The notes below the pieces were generated by a model. The model was not told where the DNA came from and searched no databases. It saw nothing but the letters and a program-made list of their open reading frames with translations. A stretch of DNA of 64,000 nucleotides from Salpingoeca rosetta (Eukaryota; Protista; Choanoflagellata): positions 377,628 to 441,627 of the forward strand of contig JAWQFM010000006.1 in assembly GCA_033442325.1 (NCBI GenBank). The letters run 5' to 3'. Each line of letters starts with the position of its first letter. The first letter of the stretch is position 1. The translations under genes were made by a program, and so were the position numbers. Of this stretch, positions 42,532 through 59,946 are shown in pieces.

Positions 42532-43129
42532 GTTTGTCTGCCTGTACTGAAGCGTTGATNNNNNNNNNNNNNNNNNNNNNNNNNNNNNNNNNNNNNNNNN
42601 NNNNNNNNNNNNNNNNNNNNNNNNNNNNNNNNNNNNNNNNNNNNNNNNNNNNNNNNNNNACAGCTTCCCACGCTGTCTATCGCATAAATTCACTGCACAC
42701 ACACGCACGCATACACACACACGCATACACACGCATACACACACGCACACATACACACACACACACACACGCATACACACACACATTAGGCTGAGGGCGA
42801 GCGCAAGCAAGAGGCTGCAAAGATCAACCTTGGACTGCTTGCGCTGAAGCGATGCATTGGCGCGCTTCAGTCCAACGATCCGAGCCACGTTCCGTTTGGT
42901 GACTCCACCCTGACCATGCTGCTGCGCCCAGCCCTCAGTGGCAACTCGTTCACCACCGTCGTCGTCACGGGCAGCATGGAGTCTCGCCACGTATTCGAAA
43001 CGATGCAGGTTCGATGAGAATGCAACACTGCCAATGACCATTGCCGTGTGCGTTTACGCACATGCGCGCGTGTGTATGTGCCATTGGCCAACGATGTGCA
43101 TCTGCATTTGTGTGCATCATGCACACATG

Positions 43130-43174
<45 letters not shown>

Positions 43175-43488
43175 ACACACACGTACGCCCAGCTTCAGTG
43201 AACGTGCTTACACCCACCACTTGTGCCTCACGCGATCACCAACCCCTCCCTGCCTCCCTCCAGACAATGCGGTTTGGCGAGGCGTGCCAGGCTGTGACGG
43301 GTTCCGAGGTGACGGCGAACGTCAACGCAGCAACACAGGCAATCGATGCAATCAACAAGGAAATCACAGACTTGGAACAGGTGCGCGTGTGTGCGTGTAT
43401 TGTGAAGTCTTGTGTTTTCAATTTGTCCCACCATCTTCTTCATTGCTGTCATCAGATCAAAGCTATCTTCGCCCATCAACTCACTCAC

Positions 43489-43553
<65 letters not shown>

Positions 43554-43717
43554 CACAGCGCATCCGAAGTGAGGAGCGGTGGGTGAACAAGACGACTGTG
43601 CGAAAGGACCAGGAGGGCGAGGAGACAGTGGTGACGTCCGTGCTCGTGGGCGCAGAGGAGCTCCGTGAGCGATATGAACAGCTGTTGGAGACGCGTCGTG
43701 AACTGCTCGGTATCTGA
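40223..43717 (+). CDS. Orphan kinesin with an N-terminal F-box-like domain and a large insertion in the motor domain
   Basis: Motor motifs CARFRP, YGQTGSGKTYSM, NERSSRAH, LADLGGSE and HVPFGDSTLTMLL. N-terminus LSQLHEVGAMRQVLERCSWEQRFKLLSLNRSYHALTFEQETWQIFC. Short C-terminal coil. Five exons; one intron contains an assembly gap. Confidence 0.85.
42560..42659. other. Assembly gap (N run) inside a kinesin intron
   Basis: Run of n. Confidence 1.
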
Positions 43718-43839
43718 TCAGCGCAGCGTTTGCGCTCTTTGGTGTTGATTTACACGTGCACGTGCACGCTTGCATGGACAGAGAAGCACATGAGCAGGCA
43801 CCTCCTCGGCCTTGTGCGTGGGGTGGTCTGCGCTGCTGT

Positions 43840-43885
43840 GTTGTTGTTGTTGTTGTTGTTGTGGTTGTTTAAGTTGTTGTTTAAG

Positions 43886-43940
<55 letters not shown>

Positions 43941-44033
43941 AGTTGTTGTTAAGTTGTTGTTGTTTAAGTTGTTGTTAAGTTGTTGTTGTTTAAGTTGTTG
44001 TTAAGTTGTTGTTGTTTAAGTTGTTGTTGTTGT
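43840..44033 (+). repeat. (TTG)n microsatellite with regular TTAAG interruptions
   Basis: Directly visible between the convergent kinesin and LTO1 genes. Confidence 0.95.
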
Positions 44034-44185
44034 TTTATGTTCGTTACAGTTGATTAAATTCAAGTGCAATCATCACGCGAAGGAAACAGCCCCACCGGCT
44101 GCAACAGAGATGTGGCACACGTTTTATGTTCGTTACAGTTGATTAAATTCAAGTGCAATCATCACGCGAAGGAAACAGCCCCACC
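44032..44185 (+). repeat. About 65-bp direct repeat x2 (period 89 bp) in the LTO1 3' region
   Basis: gttttatgttcgttacagttgattaaattcaagtgcaatcatcacgcgaaggaaacagccccacc occurs at 44032 and 44121. Confidence 0.95.
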
Positions 44186-44188
44186 TGT

Positions 44189-45229
<1,041 letters not shown>

Positions 45230-45452
45230 CGCTGCTGGTCGTCTTGTTCAACCGACAACGTGCAGCCGAAATTCGGTGAATGGTTTCCACGTTTCTTCCG
45301 AACTTTGCTTGTAATTCACAGCGAGAGTGTGCTGCTGTCTGTGAGCGGTTGTGGTTGTTCTGCTTGAGAACGAGCGAGCGAGCGACAGCCCCCAGCAGTC
45401 AGTCTCCTTTGGTTGGTTTGTCAAGACAGCAAGCCAGCACAAACAGACGGCC

Positions 45453-47850
<2,398 letters not shown>

Positions 47851-48431
47851 CAGGGTCGTGCCTGCTGCTGATAGCGTGTAGACATAACTAAACACAAAGT
47901 GACGACAGGACAGACGGCCAAAGCGAAGGGGATGAGGATGAGAGTGCTGGAACACACGCACACACACTCGCACACAGGTTCAAGAGACCCATACACAGAC
48001 TCTACGTTTCTTTCATTCAATGGTGGTCGGGTTGGAGTCAGACGGCTGACGCGCAAGTCGTAACAGTTGGGGCCGCGCGTTTCAACAACGACGTATGTGG
48101 TCGTTCAGCGAGCACCACTCCTCATCCTCCAAAAAGAACCAGAAGGTTCATTCCTTGCAATTTAAGAGAAACACGATTTCATATATCTTCTCTGTCCAGT
48201 TTGCACACTTGTGGGTTTTTCAGCAGGAACAATTTTGTAAGGAATTTTTTTTGTGAGTTGATTGCTGGCTCACACCAGCCCTTTCTCACCCTGAACTGCA
48301 GGTTGTGCCTTGCACAATCACTCACGTCTGGTGTGCGGTGTGCCACGTGTCATGTGCTATGTATTACTTCATTTCAAAGAGGCGTACAAAACGACAATAT
48401 TCCAATCATTCAGTTGCCACCTCATCACCAC

Positions 48432-48484
<53 letters not shown>

Positions 48485-48486
48485 CT

Positions 48487-48729
48487 TCAGTTCGCTAGAC
48501 CCTCTGCCCCATCAAGTATGCCACAGTGGCCATTCGCTGCGGCGTTAAGACTGCTTCTCGCTGCGGGAGGAAAAGTTCTTCTCTCGCACCTCAGCCCAGA
48601 ACTGCCCCCAGTCGCTCCTTGCATTGCCCCATGCCACTGCCAGCGGCGCGCTCGTCTCCGATGGCACACGCGGCAGCCGCAGCGCCCGCCGCAACCCAGG
48701 GTGCCTGCTCATCGCCAGGGCAGGCGTGT

Positions 48730-48809
<80 letters not shown>

Positions 48810-49668
48810 AGTGTGTGTGTGTGTGTCAGTGTGTGCGCACGCGTTTGGTTGTGTGTGACGAAGTTTCATTCGACAACGCCCCGTGTCATTTTCACCTCAA
48901 GCGCCCCCGCCTCGTACCTCAACGTGATGGACTGGACGACGGTGCTTGCGCTGGACACAAACCAGTACAGCACCAGACCCTGATATCAAATTTCAAGAGA
49001 AAGGGCAACGGAAGATTGAGCACTCTGCAACTGCAAGCGCACCCTTGCTATCACGCACACACGCACATGTTTGCGAACACACACTCGAACTCGCTATCAC
49101 ACAACGCACACACAATCACACACGCACACACACACACACACACAATCACACACGCACACACACACTGTGACGAACTCGCTATCACACATCCCCCCACCTC
49201 TGCCACGGCGACTGACCGATGGCAGGGCGGCGTAGATTGGGAGCATGAGAACCGCGATGGACGTGAGCAGCACGGGAAACTGCGGCTCGCCCGCCTTTGC
49301 CGGCAGCGGTCGTGCAGGTTGCTGCTTCGAATCCGTTGGCGCCTTGGCTGATGTTGGTGCTGCTGTTGGTGTTGTTGTTGTTGCTGTTGGGGTTGCTGTT
49401 GTTGTTGCTGTTGGTGATGCTGGTGTTGTTGGGAGTGAGTCTGCATGTTGTTGGCCTTGGTGCTGTTGCCGTTGCTGGGGTGCTGGTGGTGCTTTGAGGT
49501 GCGGTGGCTGCCCCGGCCGTGGGCGCAGCAAGTACGTCAGCTAATGAAGCAGAGAAAGGGAGTACATCAAGAGTGAACGGAGAGATTTCACCAACTGCAC
49601 AGACTCTAGACGCCAAAAATACAACCAGTTGCACACAAGCACACGCACGCACAAAACCCCTCCCACAC

Positions 49669-49734
<66 letters not shown>

Positions 49735-51019
49735 AACGCACGCACATGCACACATGCACGCACAAAACCTCCCTCACAAGCACAAGCACAAGCACACTCA
49801 CACACATGCACACACACAAGCTCACACACACAAGCACACACAAGCTCACGCGGAGCACCCGTTTTCACCTGCACGCTGATGAGGTTGGACAAGCACACGG
49901 CGATGGGCAGTGCAAGCGTGGTGTCCTGTGCCGTCAAGTCGAGGCACCAGGGCAGCCCTTCAGAGGACAACAGTTCTGTCCACGCTGACGGCTCACTCGG
50001 CGCGACGCAAACTTGTCGCACCCCTATGAAGGTTGCCGTGTGGGTTTGTGTTGGTTCACATGCGGCCACGACAAAACGCAGAACGCGTGTGGTGAGCCAA
50101 CCAGCATGCGCAACACGGGGCAATACCCAGCAACACACATAAGTACAACGCACACGCGATGTGACTGAAAGCTGTGTTCCCTCACCAAGAGACATGAGAA
50201 GCCAGGCTGGAATGGGCGCGAATCCAACCCCGAGTATCCTCCATCGCTCCAGTCCTTTCGCATCAAATATCTCCTTTTGCTTCGCTTTCATCTGGTGGTT
50301 GCGTGACATGGTTGGGAAAAAGGGTGTGGGCGGCGTGTTGCTCGTCAATGCACCCGAGAACACGCACCCAAGAACACGCACATACCCGCACACACACACA
50401 CACACACACGTACTCGCACACTCACACACTCACGCTCAAACACTCACACACACACACTCACGCTCAAACACACACACACACACTCACTGAGACGAGCACA
50501 TACAAGTACAGTCATGTCCTGTACCTCTTTCTTGAGGAGATGGTCTGCCTCTTCTTGCTTCTTGCCCTGACGCCTACATTCCGCGTAGACCTTGAAGCGA
50601 AGCGCATCGGCCCACTCCCGCAAGGTTGGGCCCAGCAACTCTATTCTCGACCGGTACTCCTCAGATTTGATTGCCGGTGGTAACAACACACCGAGGCGCA
50701 TGGCTGCCCCGACAGCACACACGCTCGCCCACCACGGCAAGCCCGTCGTAGATCGGACAAACACCAGTCCTTGCTCCACGGCGCTGATGGCCGTGTCCAT
50801 CACACCATAATGTCGTCGCTGCCCACCACCACAAGAGCAGCACCACGTGCCCGTGCCAAGCAGCCCGCCGCGGCGCACACCCACGCTCCCATGCTGATGG
50901 AAGGTGCCAAGCTGTTGCCTGCTGCTGCTGCTGCTGTGGGAACCGTTAGCCACCCGCAACCACAACGAGGACTGCTGTCGTGTGTGCGGCAGTGTTCGTC
51001 GCCACATCAGCGATGTCAT
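48487..51019 (-). CDS. COX18: COX18-like Oxa1/YidC-family mitochondrial insertase
   Basis: Arg/Ser-rich presequence, [54 protein letters not shown] and [17 protein letters not shown]. Contains a low-complexity insert. Confidence 0.8.
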
Positions 51020-51082
51020 CACGCTCCGCTCGCTTGCTGAAATTCATGCAAAAATACCCACTATTTTCCCACAACCACAGAG

Positions 51083-51142
<60 letters not shown>

Positions 51143-51154
51143 CGTGTCTGTGGA

Positions 51155-51185
<31 letters not shown>

Positions 51186-51323
51186 GTCTGTGTATCTACC
51201 ATTTTGTGTGTGTGTCATGCTTCCTGAGACTGGCAACAGCAGCAGCAGAGGCTTTTCAATTCGTGACAGAAGCACCCACTTCCACCCAGTCTTCGTTGCC
51301 TATTAGTTACTGAAACCATCAGA

Positions 51324-53362
51324 TCAATGAGATGGCTGTTCGTGGGTCAGTGGGGAGAGCAGCCGTTGTCTCACACGTGCCAGGTGAAGGGCCTTGTCAA
51401 TGCTTGGCCTGAGCTTTCTCCATATCCGCTGCACCTGCTCCTCCACGCGCGCAATACCGTACTGGTGGGCAGTGGCAGCCCCTGTGTGCGTAGACGCTGC
51501 AACAGGAACAAACACAAACCAATACACACACACACACACACAAACACAAACACGCACACATACAAACACGCACACGCACGATGTGAGAGTGTGACTTGGC
51601 AAAGAAGAAGGTACAGCAATCCCCCATGTGAGGCAACAGCAGCTGCTTGCGTGTACCTGTAGGCAGGAGGGTGCGCTGTATGAGATCGTCGAGGGCAGCC
51701 ACCACCTGCGGCGCCTGCGGTGTAAAGAAGCGGAAAGTGAGAAGCAAGTGAGGTGAGAAGCAAGTGAGGAGGTGAGAAAGAGATGAGGGGGAGGGATGAG
51801 AGGGGTGAGGTGAAGAGATGTGCAATGTTCAGATAACAACGTGATCAAATGCTCGTTCCAACAAAAACAGCAGCAGCGTGCGCAGACCACACCCTAGCCC
51901 AACCTCTTCCTGCAGCGTTGGCAGCGCTTCAAGGACATCCTAATACGCAGCAAATGCCAGCCGGTCAGAAGGTGACGAAGTTACACGTGGAAAGTGGATG
52001 GAAAAGAGACGCACACATGCATTGATGTGGTGCACACACACACACACACAACGCGCGCAATTGACGAACCTTGAGTGGAAGTGCTATCTCCTTCCTCAGT
52101 TGAAGAACAGCAGTGGACACCGTGTCCACCATCGCTGTCATGGCATCACATGTTGCCCTCTCCTGTATTCAACACATGCGTACACACAAACAAGCACATT
52201 CAACCAAGTGGAGACAAGGAGCGTTGGCTGATTGCGCCAGTGCGCAGCACCATCTTCATGACGCTGCAAGTGGTGGCACACTACGTACACTACGCACACA
52301 TGCACGCACGCACATACAGATACACACACACACGCATACACACGCACACACACGCATACAACGCAACCTGAGCGTGCAAGGCGTGGCTGAGGATGGCGTT
52401 TGCAGTTTTGAGGTGAGCAATGGAGACGTGATCGCACAGCTGCTGGTAGTTTGCATGCCACAACACGCTATCAACAACCTGCTCATACTCCTGGTGGCAC
52501 AGGGATGATCGTATGGGTGTGGTGGTCGGTGACAGTGCGCATGGTGGCAGTGAGGTCTGATTGGAGGGCGGAATGGGGGAAGCCAGTAAAGGGGCAAAGA
52601 CACAACAACATGAGATGAACAATCAAAGCCAATAAAGGGCGGTCACACAAACCCGTGTACACAGCATTCACATGCACAACGTGCACGCGCAAGGAATGCA
52701 AACATAGATGTCACCTTTGGAGAAATGGTGGCAATGTGTTTGTGCCACTCCTCCAGTGAGGGGAAGAGAAAATAATACGCGGGAACGTCGACATAAATGT
52801 TCGCAGCACGTGTGTCCTCGGAACCAATACCAAAGTGAAGAAATCGCTCCAACAACAGCCCGCTCGCTTCACTGCCGCCACCGCTATCATTACCACTGCG
52901 TGGGCCACTCGGCCTCTCGCGTGTCGGCACGTCGTCGTGCCTGCAGGCATACAGCGGTGAGTGCGCCATGGTGCTGGAGCGGTGCGCGTGTGCGCGTGTG
53001 GCGGCGGCTTCAATGTCCCGCACACACACGCGGGGGCGACGGATGCGGGCGAGTTTGGGGCGGTGGGCAGCGGGAACAAGCATGGCTGTGGAGGAGAGGG
53101 CGTGCGCTGTCGAGTCGAGTTGGCGCAGGCATCGTGCCACCACGTCACTGTCACCCTCATCACTGATGTCACCATCACCACCACCATCACCACCATCACC
53201 ATCATCATCATCGTCACCACTGCCACTGCCATCACCACCCTCATTGCCGTCACGAGTGCGAACGTATTCATGACAGCCGATTTCCGCTGCCGCCCGCGAT
53301 ATCCACACACGCGCACGAACAACTTCCTCCTCCTGTTGCGTGTGTGTGTGTGCGTGTGTGTG

Positions 53363-53432
<70 letters not shown>

Positions 53433-54833
53433 TGCGTGTGTGCGTGCGTGCGTGCGTGCGTGCGTGTGTGTGCGCATGTGAGAGCTAGCGGGAGAGCGGT
53501 TGCCTAGTGCTAGAGCAGTGTGATCGTGTCCAATTAATCCAGTTGGCACGGACACGAACACATCTGCAGCGAAATGCGGAGCACGCCATGTGGGGTGGAA
53601 TGAGCGGTGGTCAACACGGTGGTGCGCACCAGTCTGGAGATGTGCTGGAGATTGAGGTGGTCCAATTTGCTGTTGGTGCGATGAAGAGCACGGCGTGAGG
53701 ACGGGGCAAGGGGCAGAGCGGTCACAAGCGGACGTACATGTACACGATGCACGAAAAAATAAACACACTCATGCACATTGAATACACACACGCACGCACG
53801 AACATGAACATGTATACAGGTTCACACACACACACATATTCACACATATTCACACATATTCACACACACACATTCACACACACACACACTTGCACGAGTG
53901 CGAGGACAGCACACGCACCCTGAACACATCTGCAGCACAGAAGCTGTAGCACCGTCGTCATTGTGATCGCCATCAGCGCTAGCGTCAGTGGCAGCAGCGG
54001 GCTGTGCTGGCGCGTGGACATGAATATGTTTCTTCTGCAGTTTCACGCGGCCTGGGTATCAACGTACACGGATTGGGATTGTGTGTGTGTGTGTGTGTGT
54101 CGCAGTGTTATTGAAGAGGCTGCAATGAGAGTGAACCATTGAAACGCGCACACGGAACACACACATACTCACAAACATGTCACAAACATATCACACACAC
54201 ACACAAACACATGTAAACACCCGCATACACGCCTGCATGTGCACAACACCTTGCGTGTGTGTTGGAGGCGTCCAATAAACAGTCGGTGGCGATTTCGTGT
54301 CGAGTGCCCGCATCTCCGCCACCACACGCTGCATGCGATGGACCTGCATGGTGGTGTCGATGATGGTGGATGTGGTCGGTAGTGAGGGGGGTGGTGGCAT
54401 GAGCTGGTTGATGGTTGCTCTCAAGGTTTGATGTGAATGGGTGGCTGCAATTGCACGTCGACCCTCTCGCACACACTCACACGCATCTCTCGCGCGCACC
54501 TTCTGCATGATAAAGCGAGTTTGTGCGTCCTTGTGTCCACCACCATCACCGCCGTCATCATGACTGCCGCCGTCGTGCTTGCGGACATGTGGTCCAGTTC
54601 GTTCTCGAGCGATTGCATCTGGTCCTCCCGCGATTGCACGTGTCGCAGCAGTCGCAGCAGCTGCACAACCTACACATTGCAGGCATTGTGTGTGTGTGTG
54701 CGTGTAAGTGAGTGTGTGTGTGTGTGTGCGTGCGCGTGAGTGAGTGTGTGTGTGTGTGTGCGTGTGCGTGTGTAGTTTATCAGCGTGCAGCATAACGACT
54801 ATTCCCTCTTATGCGCCTGAACACACAACCCGT

Positions 54834-54888
<55 letters not shown>

Positions 54889-55801
54889 CACACACACACA
54901 CACACACACACAACACACACACACACACACATTAGCATCCCCTCTGTGCACCTGCTCTTGAAGGGCGAGGTTCTGCTGCTTGTACATTTCCACGCGTTGC
55001 AGTAGCAAATCCTCGTCCAGCGCAGACCGCCGCCGTTGTCGCGGTGTGCGCTGACGATGTCGATGATGGTGGTGGTGATGATGCTGGTGGTCGCTGTGAT
55101 GGTGAGGAAGGGAGGGGGAGTCGGGGTGGTGAAGGGAGGGGGGATCAGGGTGGTGGTGGTGTTGCCGGCGTGATGACCGTGCATCTGCCGTGTCCTCGCT
55201 CGCCACATGGGGCTGTGATCGCGTGTGCAGTTGGGGCGCGCGTGGTGGGCGCTTATGAGACGCTGGTCGAGATGAACAATGCCGATGCTGTCGCTGTTTG
55301 CGTCCCTCATTACTGACATCGCCACCATGACTGCCAACACCTGCACTGCCACTTCGCTCCTGCTCCTCGTGGTGCTTCTGCTGCTCGTGCCTGGCAGGTG
55401 TTGATACTGTTGATGACGCTGGCGTGTGCGCGCTGACCCCACGTTGCTCGACTTCATCCAGTAACCAGTGCATGAACCTGTGCACATGCACACACGGTAT
55501 GTGAGACCATGCTGTACTCGCATCTTCCGCGCTGACGCCACAGGAAAAAGCGCGCGCACAAACGCATACACGCACACCTCATGACGTCTGCAACAGCAGA
55601 TGGTTTCGTGAAAGTGGCTGCGTTCATCGGGTAAGCCTTGCCACGAACTGTTCGCATTGATTCCAACAGCAGTGATGCCCACGCGTGCCGAAACTCAGCC
55701 TCAGCCTGCTCCCTCACTGCCTGTGGCTGTGCCTGCAGCAGTGGCTTTCGATCCTCATACACTCTGTGTGTGCATGTGTGTGTGTGTTTTGTGTGTGTGT
55801 G

Positions 55802-55851
<50 letters not shown>

Positions 55852-56118
55852 GAGCAAGTTTGAGTGCGAGTGTGTTTGCATGTGCATGGTGATGGGTGCG
55901 TGTTTGCGAGTAGGAGTGCATGCCCAAAAGCAAAACAACTCGAACATGGCCACGCACCGCTGGACAGTGTGGAGGTTGGTGGCCGAGGCTGGATCGAGGC
56001 GCTCCATGATGCTAGTGAAGAGCCTGACGCGGTCACCCCAGTCCAGCTTTGCCAAGCGCTCCACAGCTGGCGAGCGGATGTGCACGCTCTTCAGTCGTCG
56101 CTTCAGCCGCCCAGCCAT
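51324..56118 (-). CDS. Multi-exon hypothetical protein (coiled coil plus globular C-terminal part); family not recognised
   Basis: ATG at 56118 (MAGRLKRRLKS...). GT-AG exons can be joined: VYEDRKPLL.., LQRVEMYKQQNLALQE, RLLRHVQSREDQMQSLENE, KLFVRVWISR, IYVDVPAYYFLFP, EYEQVVDSVLWH, DVLEALPTLQEE, ..HEQPSH*. Some exon boundaries are uncertain. Confidence 0.6.
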
Positions 56119-56462
56119 CTCTGCCTGTGTCTTGGCAGTTGTACGAGCAGTCCTATCGGTAGTCCTATTTGTCCTATAAATAACACCAAATTCATTTCCG
56201 CACCCACGCAAGCCCAACACAACACAACACTCCAACAACACGCACCACAAGAAGCAACACCCACGCCATCATCACCAGACGAGACGCACTCACATCAGCA
56301 AACAGAAGCAAGCCGTTGTTTGGGCGTGTGAGGTGCTGACAATCCCGACGGAGTGCGTTTACGACACACCCTCACTGACGAAACGAGCGCGCCACAGGCA
56401 GGATGCACGGCGGGAGCAGCAGAAGATGGGCACAAGGTGAAGAAGGTGAAGAGGACAACAAC

Positions 56463-59214
56463 ATGGAGGACAGCGGCGCACCACACGGTGTGGTGAGCGC
56501 AAACACGCTGCTGCTGGACGTCGACGATGACGACGACGACGAGTTCCACGATGCTGCGGGGGACGAGCGCAGGCCCCTGCTTGGCAGCACGTTGGTTGAC
56601 TTGGGAAGCACTGCCAGCTTGAATCGGACATCGCCGCCACACGATAGCAACGGGACGCGCTCCAACGGGAGCGGTGGCGAGTATCGCATGCAGGACCTGC
56701 ACGACAGCAACGCTGGCGAGGACATCATCGCCTTTGATGAGCAGCCACGTCAGGCCCTGACATCCCTGTCTGCGCGCAGCAGCAGCTTCACCTCCGAGGC
56801 CCGCTCCACGCCGAGCGAACACAAGAACGGACACGCCGCACACCACAACTACCCGACCAAGCAAAAGCAATACTGGCACTTTTCCTCCTCAAACCACAGC
56901 CGAAACAGCGGCAGCATCCACCAGGCCGCACGTGCAGATGACGGCGGCGACCAGTACGTCCACCGCCTGCGCAGCGACACGATTGCGGACGCGGAGCGGG
57001 AGCAGGATGTGGTGATATCGCTGGAGCGCCTTGAGCATGAGCTGGAGCACCTCCGAGCGCTGTGTGCGCCGCAAAAGGGCCCCGACGCCGAATCATCCGT
57101 CGATCTCTCCTCCAAGCGCCGCCGCCGTAGGCGCTGGCTCAGCAAACGCGTCACACACCGCCTGCTCCTCATGACCCTCATCTGGCAGGTGTGTGTGTAT
57201 ATGTGTGTGTGTATGTGTATATGTGTGTGTGTGTGTGTGTGTTGTAGCTTGGGTATTGGTTCGACCAGACCGCCATGTGTCTCGTATGTTGAATCTTTCG
57301 CCACGTACAACTTACCAAACTACACACACATACACACACATACACATGCGCAGCTGTTGAACATTGGCATCTTGACGCTGCTTGACCGACGGATTCCGCA
57401 GGAGAAGATCCAGGACCATTTTCTTGGGGATCCGGCCGTGCTGGCTGGTGTCATCATCATGGTTGTCTTCCAGACAATCCACATGACCATCATTGTCATC
57501 GCATCCATCAAGCTCGGCAAACAAGTGCGTGTTTGTGTGTGAGTGAGAGAGTGAGAGAGAGAGAGTGTGTGTGTGTGTGTGTTTTTTTGTGTGTCTGTGT
57601 TTGCTTGTTTGCTTGCTTGTTTGTCTGTTTGTCTTTTTGTTTGTTTGTTTGTGCGTCTGTTTGTTTGTTTGTCTGTTTGTTTGTTGTTTGTTTGTGCGTC
57701 TGTTTGTTTGTTTGATTGCTTGTATGTGTGCGTCTGTGTGTCTGTGTGTTTGTGTGTTTGTGTGTCTGTGTGCTTGTGTGTCTGTGTGTCCGTGTCTGTG
57801 TCGCAGTGCGCCCATTCCCGTACGCTTGCCTACAGTATGAGCACACCCTGCTGCATCCTCACGTTTTGAGCACGTGCCACTCGTACTTGTGTGCGGACAG
57901 ATTCTCCACCACACAGCGTCCAACTCCTTCCTCGTGCAGTCGTACCTGTCCACCATTGTGCTGTATGCGGGCGTGTACACGCTCCTTTTCCGCATCGACA
58001 AAAACACATTCCAGGGCGTAGAAGAGAGCTTGGTGAGTTCTTACTTGTGTGCACGTGCGTGCATGTGTTTGTGTGTGCTGGTACAAGTTTGTGTGTTGTT
58101 TCTGCTTTGGCCAAACAACACTTCCTCTGTGCATGTGTGCGAGCTGTGTGCATGTGTGCGAGCTGTGTGCAAACGTTTGCGGGTGTCATGATGAAAGCTG
58201 CTCTGCACCCTCACACATGATGATGCAAATTCCCCGTGACATTGACAGGAATCCGTGTCCTCCAAGGGATTCATTTTCCTCTGCTTCATGAAATTCGTCT
58301 ACTTCTCTGTCGCCACCATGACCAGCACAGGCGTACGTAACAGCGCGTGTGGGGGCGTGTGGTGTGGTGTGGTGTGGTGTGTGTCTGTGTGTGTGTGTCT
58401 GTGTGTGTGTGCATATTTAACCTGTTCCTCCTCCCCCCTCTCAATTCCATATCTCACGGATGCCTTGCATGTGTGTGATGTGCTTCACAGTATGGTGACA
58501 TTACGCCAAAGACGTGGTACATGGACGCAATCGTTAGCTCACAGGTGCGATGCTCTAACACACAAACGCAAACACGTCCACGCACGCACGCACCCGTGCT
58601 CAACATCTGTGTTGCACCTATCCTCCATCATCAACAACACCATTCATTAACTCAACGCGTGTGCATGTGTCCATGTCTCTCTCCATTCAGATGCTGATCA
58701 GTATCGTGTACACAACGAGTATCTTTGCAAAGGGCCTCACCGTCATCGCAGGTGCCTGTTTGTTTGTTTGTTTGTTTGTTTGTTTGTTTGTTTGTTTGTT
58801 TGTTTGTTTGTTTGTTTGTTTGTTTGTTTGTTTGTTTGTTTGTTTGTTTGTTTGTGGTTGGTGTTTGCTTTCTTTTCCGTGTCTGCGCTTCATGCTTGTT
58901 GTCCGATTGCAAATCGATGTGCAGCATAATCTCCACACACACACACACACTCCCTCACTCACTCACTTTCACACATTCACACATTCACACATTCACACAT
59001 TCACACATTCACTGACTCATACATACACGCTCGCACAATCCCAATCCTCGTCTCTCCAGGGTCCAAGGCGCACTCGGCGCTGGTTGAGTTGACTGGAGCC
59101 GAGGGCATGAAATCGCGAGCGAACACGCTGCAGCCACGCGCCATCAACAGCGGTCGTGGCGATGGTGATGGTGATGGCGATGGCGATGATAGCGCACGCG
59201 CGTCGCAGGCGTAG
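56463..59214 (+). CDS. K+-channel-like protein (Ion_trans_2 pore, about 4 TM, no voltage sensor), 7 exons
   Basis: Pore helix and filter [13 protein letters not shown]|YGDITPKT, split by the intron at 58333-58490. Flanked by [17 protein letters not shown] and [17 protein letters not shown], with two more TMs upstream. An in-frame alternative ATG lies at 56403. Confidence 0.85.
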
Positions 59215-59946
59215 AGGGATGGGATCGGAGTCATGTGGGGTGCGTGGTGATGGTGATAGGGTGATGGGGTGATGGGTTGTGTTGTACTGGCAATGACTGA
59301 TGCTGTGGTCGGTGGCGGCGGTCGCAGCGATTGTGGTGATGGTGGTGGTGCATGGCAATGTCAACGAGCGCTGCTGATAGCCATCTCGCTTCGGAACTGA
59401 TTGTGAAGAGCACACACAAGTATTGCCGGTGCATGTTTTTGGTTGGTTGATTGGTTGGTTTGATCGATGGATCGATGGGTCGATGGATGGAGTGTGGAAA
59501 AAGGACTTTAATGAACACCCTATTGTAACCATGTGTTAAATTTCATTGCCCTTGTTGATATCCCCATGTGGATGTGAGACTTTGTTGCTTTGCTGTCGCT
59601 TTGTGGCCATGGTCGTGTGTTTAGATTGGCTGCTTTGTGTGGGCACGCATGTGTGTAGTATTCACACGTGTGCGTGTGTGCCCTCCCGTTTCCTTGCTTG
59701 TGCTTCTGCATGATTGTTGGCTATGCAGTCTGACGTGTGTATGGAATAGACCTTTCATCACTTTGTCGACCACCTTGGATGCAAGAAAAACATGTTGCAG
59801 CGATAAACGTGTCGCAGTGGGCGGGAGCACACACACACACATCCACTCACACACACACACACTCTCTCACACACACACACTCTCTCTCTCTTCCTCTCTC
59901 TCTCAGCGCGCGCACACGACTACATGCACACTGGCAACTGATCATG

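Noticed and set aside
44032-44185. Repeat-spacer-repeat pattern resembling CRISPR
   Set aside because: Only two 65-bp copies, in a eukaryotic context with no cas genes. It is a simple tandem duplication.
52085-52270. Apparent in-frame TGA (..PLLFFN*GR) suggesting readthrough or selenocysteine
   Set aside because: An alternative acceptor (tacgtag) gives an open frame (..SPLAMVDTVSTAVLQLRKEIALPLK) that is phase-compatible with neighbouring exons.
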